Of a stretch of 64,000 bases of DNA, positions 1-11,749 are shown one piece after another; position 1 is the stretch's first letter; every line of letters starts with the position of its first letter. The translations under genes and the position numbers were made by a program. The DNA is taken from NCBI GenBank assembly GCA_002104945.1, contig MCFH01000011.1, forward strand, positions 1,011,364 to 1,075,363, written 5' to 3'. Under the pieces are notes generated by a model, which was given only the letters and a program-made list of their open reading frames with translations, made no database searches and was not told the DNA's origin. The DNA is from Piromyces finnis finn (Eukaryota; Fungi; Neocallimastigomycota).

Positions 1-4
1 TGAT

Positions 5-1111
5 TTGTTCTCAGGATACCATCAGATTCCAATGCATCCTGATGATAAAGATAAAACTTGTTTTACCACTATTTTTGGTAATTATAATTTTGTTGTTATG
101 CCCTTCGGTTTGTGTAATGCACCTGCGACTTTCCAAAGGGAAATGAACAGAATATTTTTTGATTTAATTGGAAAGTCTGTGTTCGTTTATATTGATGATT
201 TAGTTATTTTTTCTAATTCTCTAGAACAACATGTCACTGACTTAGCTTCTGTATTTCAAATTTTAAAAGATAATGGTTTGAAAATAAATATTGATAAATG
301 TAATTTCTTTAAGCAAGAAGTTGAATTATTAGGTCATCTACTTTCTGTTGATGGTTTAAAACCTTTGGACTCGAAAATAAATGTTATATTAAATTGGATT
401 CCACCTAAAAACATTAAACAACTTCGTTCCTTTTTAGGTGCAGTTGGGTATTACCGTAAGTTTATTTCTAACTTTGCACAAGTAGCTCAACCACTATACG
501 AGCTCACTAAAAAAGGTATTCCTTACGAATGGTCCGATTCTTGTTCTAATTCTTTTGAAAATTTAAAATTAAAGTTAGCTTCGGCTCCAATTCTTTCTCC
601 GCCTGATTTTAGCAAACCCTTTATTATAAGAACGGATGCTTCTAGAAGTGGTATCGGTGGTGTTTTAATACAATTGGACAAAGATAAATTTGAGAAACCA
701 TTATACTACCAGAGTCGTACCCTATCTGATACTGAAAGACATTATAGTATTACTGAACTTGAGGGAACTGCCGCCTATTATTGTGTTATGAAATTTAAAT
801 CATTTATTACAGGTAATAATTTTGATACTTTATTAATTACAGATCACAAACCTTTAGTCAGCATTTTCAAAAATAAGGAACCAACAACAAGCCGCCACAT
901 AAAATGGATTACTGAATTTAGTGCATTAAGGGTGATTGTTCAATTTGAGGAGGGGAAGAAGAATGTTCTAGCAGACGCTTTATCTAGAATGGAGAGTTCT
1001 CAAACCCCTGTAATTATTAATAATGATGAAAAAAAAATAGTAAAAATAATATTTCTGAATTTAATAATGCTAATGATTATTCTAATGAAGTTGGAAATAA
1101 AAATAAAATAG
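5..1111 (+). CDS. pol: Pol fragment: reverse transcriptase + RNase H, 5'-partial
   Basis: Motifs MPFGLCNAPATFQ, YIDD, LRSFLG, TDAS and TDHKPL. The frame shifts at the A9 run at 1029-1037; one extra A would join it to the integrase frame (mutation or homopolymer error). Confidence 0.93.
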   Translation: MFSGYHQIPMHPDDKDKTCFTTIFGNYNFVVMPFGLCNAPATFQREMNRIFFDLIGKSVFVYIDDLVIFSNSLEQHVTDLASVFQILKDNGLKINIDKCNFFKQEVELLGHLLSVDGLKPLDSKINVILNWIPPKNIKQLRSFLGAVGYYRKFISNFAQVAQPLYELTKKGIPYEWSDSCSNSFENLKLKLASAPILSPPDFSKPFIIRTDASRSGIGGVLIQLDKDKFEKPLYYQSRTLSDTERHYSITELEGTAAYYCVMKFKSFITGNNFDTLLITDHKPLVSIFKNKEPTTSRHIKWITEFSALRVIVQFEEGKKNVLADALSRMESSQTPVIINNDEKKIVKIIFLNLIMLMIILMKLEIKIK

Positions 1112-1206
1112 TTACTACAAAAAGTAAAATAAAAAAGAAAGTTAGATTTGATGACGATATTATAAATGTTAGTAAAAATGTTGATATTAGTAAAGAAATA
1201 GCAAAC

Positions 1207-2445
1207 GTGATAGTTGAAAATAAAGACGTAAATGGAGATATTCGTGTAGGTGATAGTAATGAACAAAGAGTAATGTTAAATAATTTTTTCAATGACTTTA
1301 TAAAAAAAAGAATTATTTTAATTGATGGAATAGAATATTATAAACATGGAGATAATTTTAGGAAAATAATTACTGATAATAATGAGAAAATCCGATTAAT
1401 AGCTCAAGCTCATGCAATAGGACATGAAGGTATTTATAAAACATATCATAGGTTATGTAGAGATTATTATTGGAAAGGAATGTCTAAAGATATAAAATTA
1501 TTCATCAAAGGTTGCCATAAATGTCAAACATGTAAAGTGCAACCATTAAATAAATATCCTGAAAATATTGCTACTCCACCAGAACTTCCTTTTACTCGTG
1601 TTAGTTTGGACTTAATAGGACCTTTAAATACCACTAAAAGAGGCTCAAGGTATATTATTGCTTTAGTGGACTATATGACTAAATGGGTAGAGGCTTCCCC
1701 ATTAATAAAAACTGAATCTGAAGATGTGATAAGATTTTTAACGGAAGTGTTTTGTAGGCATGGTATTCCAGAAGTCTTGGTTACAGATAATGGACCACAA
1801 TTTAGTTCAGATAGAACTAAAGCATTCCTAGATCTTAATGATGTGTTTGTACAATATATTACAACTTACCATCCTGCTTCAAATGGACAAATTGAAAACA
1901 GAAATAAAGAAATTTCAAAATATTTAAGAGTGTTAGGAAAAAATAATGAAGAATGGGACGATATATTACCTAGCGCTTTATGGGCACTTCGAACTGCTAA
2001 AAATGAAGTAACAAAATTTAGTAGTTTTGAATTATTATATGGTCGCAGAGATATGCAACCATTTGAATTATCAATAAATTTAGATAAAAAAGGACCTGAA
2101 GAAACAGATGATGAATACTACCTTAGAAAATTTATTACTCACCATAACTGGATTCAGGAAGCAATAAACAATATTGAGACTGCAAATGAGGTTTGGAGGG
2201 ATAGAAGAAAACAAATAAGGAGATTAAGAAGTGAATTTAAACCCGGAGACCTTGTTTTGATAAAACACTTCAATCGTCGAAAATTGGACCCGTACTTTAT
2301 TGGACCTTTAAAAATTATTAAACGACAATTCAACACTGTGACGGTATGTGACCCACAGACAGGGGAAATAGCCGAACGCAATATTCACCTTAAAAATATA
2401 ATTCCGTATTATACCTCTTATGTAGGATATGTAAATGAAGAATGA
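1207..2445 (+). CDS. pol: Pol fragment: integrase
   Basis: HAIGHEG...CHKC zinc finger, VSLDLIGP, VTDNGPQF, NGQIENRN, and a GPF/Y-like YFIGPLK motif. The frame is open from about 1037. Confidence 0.93.
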   Translation: MIVENKDVNGDIRVGDSNEQRVMLNNFFNDFIKKRIILIDGIEYYKHGDNFRKIITDNNEKIRLIAQAHAIGHEGIYKTYHRLCRDYYWKGMSKDIKLFIKGCHKCQTCKVQPLNKYPENIATPPELPFTRVSLDLIGPLNTTKRGSRYIIALVDYMTKWVEASPLIKTESEDVIRFLTEVFCRHGIPEVLVTDNGPQFSSDRTKAFLDLNDVFVQYITTYHPASNGQIENRNKEISKYLRVLGKNNEEWDDILPSALWALRTAKNEVTKFSSFELLYGRRDMQPFELSINLDKKGPEETDDEYYLRKFITHHNWIQEAINNIETANEVWRDRRKQIRRLRSEFKPGDLVLIKHFNRRKLDPYFIGPLKIIKRQFNTVTVCDPQTGEIAERNIHLKNIIPYYTSYVGYVNEE

Positions 2446-2464
2446 AAAGTGAAATTTTAAGGAA

Positions 2465-2525
<61 letters not shown>

Positions 2526-2541
2526 AAATAAAATAAAATAA

Positions 2542-2577
<36 letters not shown>

Positions 2578-2859
2578 AATAAATAATAAATGATAATAAA
2601 TAATACTAATAAATGATAGTAGTAATCATAATAAATAAACAATATTACAAATATATATAAAAATTTAATACTTACAAAAATAATTTAAAAGAATTTCAGT
2701 TGATGGAAAAATACATTTCAATTAATAGTAATTGTGAAATTTCAAAATTTCAAAATTTCAAAATTCAAATTGTAAATTTGATCAAATAATAATTAATAAT
2801 TTTAATATAATAATTATAAATAATAATTATAATAATAATTTTTATTTAGTATATATATA

Positions 2860-2896
<37 letters not shown>

Positions 2897-2995
2897 AATA
2901 ATAATGATAATACTAAAATTTTCCTTTGTTTTATCGTATATCAATGCTTGCCATAAGACTTCAGGAGACGAAGTTTAATTTCGGCGGAGGCATCT

Positions 2996-3560
2996 TGATA
3001 CGTGATAAAATTATATAGTTAAAAATATTAAATTTATATAGTTATTTTTAAGGGTTAGCAATTATTTAAGAAAAATAATAATTTAATCTATTATTGAATA
3101 ACCAATAAAATATTATAAAAATTTTATATAAAAATAACAAAAATTCACTTTTATTAAGAAAGGAGAGTTCTTTGATAAATATAATTAATTATTGAGAATT
3201 TTTATATCTGTTTTAACTAAAAATATTTTTTATATTAAATATATAAATGTACTTAAAATTATTTTTATTAATAAAATAAAAGAGAAAGTTACAAATAAGA
3301 TTTTTTTTTTTTTTGTTTAATCCTTTTTTTTTCTTATATTCAAATACTTTGTGTATAAATTGTTAAAAATAATAAAAGTAAAAGCAAAATAATTAATAAC
3401 ACTAAAAAATAATTATTAGTTATAATATAAATAAATATACAAATAATCATTTTTTTTATTCTTTTATTAGAATATATTATTTTGTATAAATCCCTTTTGT
3501 TCGACTCCTGGAAATAAAATAAATAATTAAATTTATGGTATTATTAAATAATACGTACCA
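2996..3560 (+). repeat. Probable 3' LTR of element 1
   Basis: Starts TGATACGTG after a purine-rich GGCGGAGGCA and ends CGTACCA. The start matches the reverse complement of the solo-LTR K end (CACGTATCA, 47487-47495), and the length is similar (565 vs 575 bp). Confidence 0.55.
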
Positions 3561-3577
3561 TTAACAATAAGGAATAA

Positions 3578-5182
3578 TGATATAACGTTTTTATTATTAA
3601 AATAGCTTAACCATTTGTCAAGAATAGAAGACGATTAAAAAATAAATTAAATATTCAAATAAACAATTTAAAAATCAAATTTATATTTCAAAAATTATAA
3701 AACACTTTTAAAAATAATTAAAAAGATCACTTGGAAAAATTTAATATTGAAAAGGGTTAAGGATCACAAAAATTTAATTTTCAATAAATTAACCCTTGAG
3801 AAGAAAATGTACTATACGAAACTAGTGATAACTTCTGAATCTCGTGTCCTATTTTCCTTTTCTAGAGAATTCAAATTAATTTTATTAGAAAGTACTAGTC
3901 GAGATCTATATTCTCACAAATTTTCAGCTAATTTAGACCACTAGTTCTTGAGATATAGCTATTTAAAAAATTAATTAGTTCCAATAAATACATATTAAAA
4001 TGATTAATATTAATTTATATAATTAAAGTCATTATTCAAGTCATCCAACTTGCTATAAATAATTCAATTTAAAAATTCTCCATTATTATTAAATAAGGTT
4101 AGATAATAAATATTCTTGATTACAAACCTAATCAATTATAAAAATTAATTAATAATTTTTCAAATAATTTTGATTAATAACCTCAATCATAATCAAACCA
4201 AAAAAGCCTTGGATCAAAAATCATTAGTTATAATTATTAATTAATTAATCATGAGAATATATAATTAGTATCAGTAATTGTTATTCTCAATTTATAATAT
4301 TAAATATTTACAATTTAAAATGGTTAAAACAATACTTTTATTTTAAAAGTAATTTAAAAGATTAATCTTAAGATCTATCATATGAATTCATATTATTAAT
4401 ATCAATATCAATTATTAATATTTTAATTTAAAATTATTTTATTTTTATCTTTATTATTAATATCAATATTAATATCAATGTAATTTTATTATATGTAAGA
4501 AAAAAGTATTTAAACAAAGAATTGAAATCAATTTTGAAATTCTTTGTAAGATTATTAATTATTAATTATTAACTATAATATAACTTAACAAATATTATCT
4601 TAATAAAAAATAATTAATAAACAAATTTCATAATTAAATTATATTAAAATTTTTATTTTAAATATAAAAACCTATTTAATTTCTAAATTAGTATTATTTA
4701 AATTCTTTAATAAGTTCTGAAGAAAAGATTTAATAATAAATAAGTTTAATATTTAATTGGTAAATTAAGTTATATTATATAAAACATTCTGACCAAGTTA
4801 CATACCAATCCTAGCCCACTTTACACCATTTATCATTATTATCATATTTAAGTTAACTAAATTTTTAATTAATAAATTAATATTATTTATCTAAGTGTAA
4901 ATATTTTAATTAAATTTTATTTTTATTAAATTGAACTAATATTATATTCTAAATTAAACTTATTTTTAAACTATTAAACTATATTATTTTATAAATTAAA
5001 CAACTTATTAATTATTTTTATTGTTTAGTTATTAAAATATCTTTTATTTATTAAGATTTTAATGTATTTTTTTTGTTTATTTCCGAAATTAATAATTAAA
5101 AGTATTGATAATTGATATTAAACTTTAAATGTATAAATTTATATAAAATAAAAAGAGAAGTTCTAATAAAAACGATATACCA
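3578..5182. repeat. Possible degraded solo LTR with inverted termini, interrupted by LTR J
   Basis: Left end TGATATAACGTTTTTATTA versus right end (reverse complement) TGGTATATCGTTTTTATTA. No TSD found. Confidence 0.3.
3616..4825 (+). mobile_element. Solo LTR J (A/B-related)
   Basis: TGT...ACA with 5-bp TSD CCATT (3611-3615 / 4826-4830). Shares AAGATCACTTG, AGGGTTA/TAACCCT and AACATTCTGACC motifs with families A and B. Confidence 0.75.
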
Positions 5183-5259
5183 GAAAAATAAAAATAAAAA
5201 TAAGTATTAAAATTCAAATATTTATTATTCCCTATTATTTAACAGAACCTTACCATTAA

Positions 5260-5991
5260 TGATACGCTACTCACATAAAAACATAATAAAAACTAGCTGA
5301 ATAAACACAACTTAACCCATAGTAACTTATAATAAAAATAAAACAATAATAACAATTCTAAAGATAAAATACAGAACTCTTTTATGTTTCTGTATAAAAT
5401 GAGTGTTTATAATAATTGATACTTTTAATATTTTAATTTTGTTATATTTTTATTTTAATTTTATTTTAATTTTATTTTAATATTATTTTAATTTTAAATC
5501 TTAATTATTTTATTCAAGGTATTATACATTTAATGATAGTCAATGATAATTTATAATAATTTTTCTAAATTTAAACATTTTGAAGTAATAAGAAAATCAA
5601 ATAAGTAATATTCTATAATATTTTATAATACTAAGACATAATTTTAATTTATTCTTTTAATTTTAATTAATAATAACAATAGTAATAATAATATTTAATA
5701 GTTAAAAATGAAAATGTATAAAAGGAAGATAAAATTCTTCTTTATAAAGGGGCGGACAATAAATAGAGAATAAAAAGGGACAATAAATAGATAATAAATA
5801 AATTATAAAATATAATAAAGATTTAATTTAAAACATAATAAGAGTTTATTTTCGAGTTTTGAGTGATTTATTTGTTAATTATAAAACATATTTTATTTTA
5901 TTTTAAATTTATTGTTTCATTATAATAATATAGAATTTATTATTTATTAAAAAACATTATATTATTCAAAAATATATCGGTCAACGCATCA
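5260..5991 (+). mobile_element. Solo LTR family C
   Basis: TGATACG...CGCATCA with 4-bp TSD TTAA. Homologous to 42074-43173 and 57037-58081. Confidence 0.85.
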
Positions 5992-6046
5992 TTAATGTGT
6001 AGTAATTTTATTATAATATTTATATTAAATAGTATAATACAATTAC

Positions 6047-7075
6047 TGTTACGAATACTAGTGGAATCTGCAATTTCAAGATCACTTGAAATTGTGAAAT
6101 TACTTATAAAATTTCAAAATCAATAATATTTTATTTTCAAAGAAATTATAAAATTATATTAAGAAATATTTAAAAAATTTATAAAAGGTTAAGATATGAC
6201 CTTAACCCTTAATAATTTTATAAAAAATAACTTTAACCCTTATCGTCAAAATTAAATAAGGGAAAACACGTGTATCTCCTTAACGAATGGCGATTTTGGA
6301 TAATTGTGTTTTGGGAGATTGTGGGTTCGTTAGAAAGCCACGCTTGAGATAAACAACATATCTTAAAATCAGGTCGATATCTCTGCTGGTTCACGAGATA
6401 TTCCAATTTAAAGATATTTTGTTAGTAATGATTAATTGTTTATTCAGAGAATGATCACCCCTGATGTATTGAACATAAATCATTCACCCAAAAGGATATA
6501 AATTATTGTTTTAATTAAATTAAAATTATTTTCCGGAATTAATTAACTTTATTTTATAATAATTATTTCAATAACATAACTTATAATCTTTGAATTAAAA
6601 GATTATAATTATTAATATTATATTCAATGAATTATATTATAATTAAGAAATAATTAATATTATGGATATATAAACAATAGTTATTTTTAATAATTAGTAA
6701 TAGGTCTTAAGTTTAGCCTTAGTATTATAAAATATATTATAAAAATAATTATATATTAAAAAGTTATTTTATTATTAAATGTAAAATTACAAATAGTATA
6801 AATAGTTTAGAATAGTTTTATGAAATTAAATCCTTGTAAAGATTATTACCTTATTAATACTTAATAAGTATTACTATTAAATAATCTCATTATTATATAT
6901 ATTCTTTAAATAAAATAAAAAGAAATTATTTTAACTATAATACATAATTTAATTATTCATTTATAAAACAATTAAGATTATTTTAATAAAATATTTTTTC
7001 TAACCTAGTTATCTTTAATCTTTTATTTAATTTAATATTTTAATATTAAATTATAAGTTTAATAAAACTTTTACA
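6047..7075 (+). mobile_element. Solo LTR family A
   Basis: TGT...ACA with TSD ATTAC. Homologous to the 5' LTR of the element at 59950. Confidence 0.92.
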
Positions 7076-8411
7076 ATTACTTGTCGATAACTCAATATTA
7101 AAATTTAATATTAAATTATATGTATATGGAAAGAAATAATAAAAAATTAAATATGAAATTAAAAAACTAGAACTTAACGAGTTTATTATAAGGATTTATA
7201 ATAAACAACAAAAAACACAAATGGGAAGAGGGATGAGAATAAAATGTATAATATAAGAATTATGTTTTATTAATAATATGATCTTTTATTAATTAATTTT
7301 TATTAAATAAAATTATTTGTTATTTATTATAATTAATTTTTCTTATAATAATAACTCTTGAATTCTAAAGAATTTCAAGAGTGTTTATTTATATTTTTAT
7401 TAAAAAATAAGGTTAAATAAATGAGTTCTAATCTTAACAAATAAAATGTTTAGGAAAAGATTAAAAGAAAAACCTAAACAAGTTTTCAACCAATATTCTA
7501 ATCATATTGGTCATCGTGTAAATTTTAAGTAAAACCAATTATTTGTAATAATAATCGGAAAAACCTTAAAATACCGATTTCCTAAAGTAAATCCGTGTTT
7601 AGATATAACAGGTAAATTAATTAGTAATATATAATTAAAGGGTAAAATTACGGATTTTTGTATATAAATATTATTTAAAAATCAAATGAACAAATTATTA
7701 TTTAATTAAATAAATTAAATAAATTATATAAATATATGAAATATATTTAACTAAATAAATTAAATAAAGTATCTGAATGTATACATTATATTTAACTAAA
7801 TAAATTAAATAAATAATTTAAGTGTATAAAATATTATTAACTAAATTATTAAACTAATAAGAAATATTAATTATTTAGATTGAAATAATTATTATTTCTT
7901 ACATAAAGATAAAGAATGAAATTTATAAATAATGAATTAATAGAATAGCTGATTTTAAGATTATATAAACTTAAATATAAATTAAAATAATAGTAAATAA
8001 TCAAAATAATATAAAATATAAATGTTTAATTAAATTTTAAAAATGTAAAATATAAACAACTTTTGTTTATAAACAAACTTAAATGTAATTATTTATTATA
8101 AATAGAAATAGAAAATATTATTTTTAAAGATTGTTACTAATTAGCCAGGAAAATTAGAATATTTTAAAATTAATATATTTTTTTTTATAATACATAGCGA
8201 GATGTATTATACATTTATTTTAAATAAATAAACTAATATTATAAAACAAGATGTATTTTTAAAACTTTAAATTATATTTAATAGTTATATAAACTTGTAG
8301 AATGAGCAAGTAAAAATAAATCATTCAATTACACACAAATATACCACTTTCTAAACTTATTTAGAATTAAGGTATATTTGAACGTGTGTCATTTTTTTGA
8401 TAAATAATAAT

Positions 8412-9226
8412 TGTAAAATATTCTATACTACAGTTCAGGTTTGTATACACTAAATTAAACTAACACAAACTATGTTTTATTTTTAATAATACTTTTATTT
8501 ATTTTAAACTATATTAACAACCGTTGATTACTTTACCGTGAAGGTTATTTTACCAGAGCCCTCACTAGATAATCAATTAATAATTCTTATTATTAAAAAA
8601 AACAATTAAACTAATTATTAACTAATGTTAATTTATCTATACTAAATTAACCTATACGATTTTCCAACTATCGTTTCAATAGTTGAAAAATTTTCTTTAT
8701 TTATACCTTTTAAATAAATTGAATAAATTCTAATATACATGTTTTAATATTATAATTTTACATTGTTTACATTTATACATTTATTAAAAGAAATTATTTG
8801 TATTAAACTATTTAAATTCAATTTATTTACTAAAGAATTTTCTAAACTTAAAATAAAGTTTTGATTTATTTACTATATGGTTGATTATATTTCAAACATA
8901 TATTCAATTTATTTATTTCTAATTTTGAGGCTTAGTTTATAAAATAAATTTTTATTATCTAAAATATTTATTGGTTTAAAATTATTTAATTTAAAATTTT
9001 ATTTTATCATCAAAAACTTTATCTTATCATAAAATTATATTTTACATAAATTTATGTTAATGTATTGTGATATAAATTTTTGTAATTAAAAAATAAAATT
9101 TACATAAATTTATGTTAACGTATTGTGATATAAATTTTATAAAAATTTACGGTACATTAATTTACTACATTATACATTATTTTAAATAAGTATTAATACA
9201 TTGTTCTATTAATACAATATTTTACA
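8412..9226 (-). mobile_element. Solo LTR family F
   Basis: Reverse-complement match to LTR 31983-32758, TSD ATAAT. Confidence 0.9.
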
Positions 9227-9336
9227 ATAATTATAAATATATTATAAATTTGATATTAGTTGAAAATTTTATTATAAAAATAATTATTAAATAATTTTAT
9301 ATAGTTTATTATAAAAAATATAATTTACATAAAATC

Positions 9337-10063
9337 TGTAAAAATTTTAAAATTTAAAACAGATTATAAAATTTTTTACAATAAAACAAAAACACTAAAT
9401 AAAATAAAAAATTAAAAACAAAACAAAATTTATTTATATCCTCTTTTATTTATTCTTATTTAGTTATTAACTAAACTATAGTCAATAACAATTACATCGT
9501 TTAACTATGAAATTTTACATGTATTTATATTTTTTACAAATTATATTTTAATATACTATTCTATTTAATTATACATATATTCAATATAAAATAAACAAAA
9601 CTAATTTAATACTAATTTAATTAAATAATAAAATAATAAAACTAAACTAAAACTAATTAAATACACTTTTGATTCAATTTGAGTAAACTACAAATTGAAT
9701 ACAGTCCATGTATTACCTATATATTAATTAAATATTAATAATACTATTTATTATATATTTGCTATTAAAAAAATACTAATTTAAAACTACGCTAAAGTTA
9801 TTAAACTATTTTTAATTAAATAAGAACTTTTTAAGATTTAATTTGAATATTTAAAATATTTAAATTTCATTATCCATTAATTTAAATATTTATCCAAATT
9901 TCATTTCCAATTTTGATATTTTAAAATTAATATTTATTTAATTATTCCTTAAAATTTATATAATAAATTTTATAAATAATTTTTCATTAAAATATCAAAA
10001 TTATTATTTAATAATTATTAATTAATTATTAAATAATTTAAAGATATATATTATATCTTTACA
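9337..10063. mobile_element. Solo LTR family H
   Basis: TGT...ACA with TSD AAATC. Second copy at 11081-11749. Confidence 0.85.
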
Positions 10064-10160
10064 AAATCAAATATTTTATAAATTTATATATTTGATTGGG
10101 TTAAATTATAAAAAATAGTTTTTAATATAAAGAATAATAATAATTTTTAATAGAAAATAA

Positions 10161-10775
10161 TGTAATGTTGACACTAAAAGAATAGATTAGGATATCTATT
10201 CTATTACAATAACACTAAATTTAAAATAAAAGTAAAAATTGTTTTATTAAAAATATCTTTTATTATAATAGAAATTTTATTAATAACAATTACATTGATA
10301 AAATGATGAAAAATATCTTCTATTTATATTTTTCCTAAATACATTTATATTATATTATAACTATTTATTTAAAATATATTATTATTTAAAACCTGCACTA
10401 AAATCTTAATTATTAATAGAATATTTAAACTATAACTATTTTAGTAAAATTAAATAGGCAATTCAAGTCAAATACTATTTAATTTGAATATGTGCCCATG
10501 TATTATTTATATATTAATCATTTATTATTTATATACTATTCATCTTTTTCTATCAAAAACAATACTAAAACTAAGAAATTAAATTGAGAAATTTAATTTA
10601 TTTGTAAAACATTAAAAATAAATTAATAATTTATTTTGTTTCAAACTTTAATTATTAATAAATAAATTATGTCTCATTTTCTTTTTCTGTAATATAAATT
10701 GTGTAACTTAAACAATAATACTTGTGGCTAAAGTTACATTAAAGATATCAAACAGAGGCGTTTGATATCTTTACA
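10161..10775. mobile_element. Solo LTR family I
   Basis: TGT...ACA with TSD AATAA. Its terminal hairpin resembles the family H end. Single copy, and the TSD is AT-only. Confidence 0.6.
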
Positions 10776-11080
10776 AATAAGAAGACTTAGATTATTAATA
10801 ATAAGTAAAATTTTTAATAATAATTAATATAGTTAATTAAATAATACATAATAATATTTAGAAGACAAAAATAAGTTTTTATATAATAAAAATTATTGTT
10901 AAAAAGAGTGTAAAAACAATAAATAAAAGAAAATATAAAAATAAAATTAAACTTGTCTAATTTGTGATTATTGTGTTAATAATAAATAATATTTTATAGA
11001 ATAAATCTGGTGTTATTATTCTATATAAATATTATTAAAATAATAAAACTATTAAAATTATAAAACAAATTAAATCTATT

Positions 11081-11749
11081 TGTAAAAGTTTTATAAATGT
11101 AAAACAGATTATAAAATTTTTTACAATAAAACAACAACACAAAATAAAGAAAAAACAAGAAAATAAATTATATTTAAAAAAAATATCTCTTTTTATTAAT
11201 TTTATTTAGTTATTAACTAAATAATAGTCAATAACAATTACATTGTTTTAATCAAGAAATTTTACATGTATTTATATTTTTTGTAAATTGTATTTTAATA
11301 TACTATTCTATTTAATTATACATATATTCAATATAAAATAAACAAAACTAATTTAATACTAATTTAATTAAATAATAAAATGAATAAACTAAACTAAAAC
11401 TAATAAAATACACTTTTGATTCAATTTGAGTAAACTGCAAATTGAATACAGTCCATGTATTACCTATATATTAATTAAATATTAATAATACTATTTATTA
11501 TATATTTATAATTAAAAATGCTAATTTCAAACTACGCTAAAGTTATTAAACTAATTTTAATTAAATAAAAACTTTTTAAGATTTAATTTGAATATTTAAA
11601 ATATTTAAATTTAATTATCCATTAATTTAAATATTTATCCAAATTCCATTTCTAACTTTGATATTTTAAAATTAATCTTTATTTAATTATTATTCAATAA
11701 TTATTAATTAATTATTAAATAATTTAAAGATATACTTTATATCTTTACA
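11081..11749. mobile_element. LTR family H, no TSD, truncates element G
   Basis: Direct repeat of 9337-10063. Flanks CTATT and ATTAC do not match. Abuts the RT of element G. Confidence 0.8.

Larger units (their letters stand above)
1..3560 (+). mobile_element. Ty3/gypsy element 1 (K-like family), 5' part outside the window
   Basis: RT (YIDD), RNase H (TDAS) and integrase (HHCC, DDE core) followed by a probable 3' LTR starting TGATACGTG at 2996. No chromodomain at the integrase C-terminus. Confidence 0.9.

Noticed and set aside
1029-1037. Frameshift between RNase H and integrase in element 1 as programmed
   Set aside because: It is an A9 homopolymer with no downstream structure seen, and the related element E is continuous here. 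A mutation or sequencing error is more likely.
2457-2642. 61-aa ORF with poly-Phe
   Set aside because: It is a translation of a poly-A tract.
3499-3508. B-box-like GTTCGACTCC
   Set aside because: No A box or cloverleaf around it.
3747-3944. 65-aa ORF
   Set aside because: It lies inside solo LTR J, has a TTG start and no recognisable motif.
5256-5995. TTAA target duplication suggesting piggyBac
   Set aside because: Other family C copies have different 4-bp flanks (ACAA), and the ends are TG...CA, not CCC...GGG.
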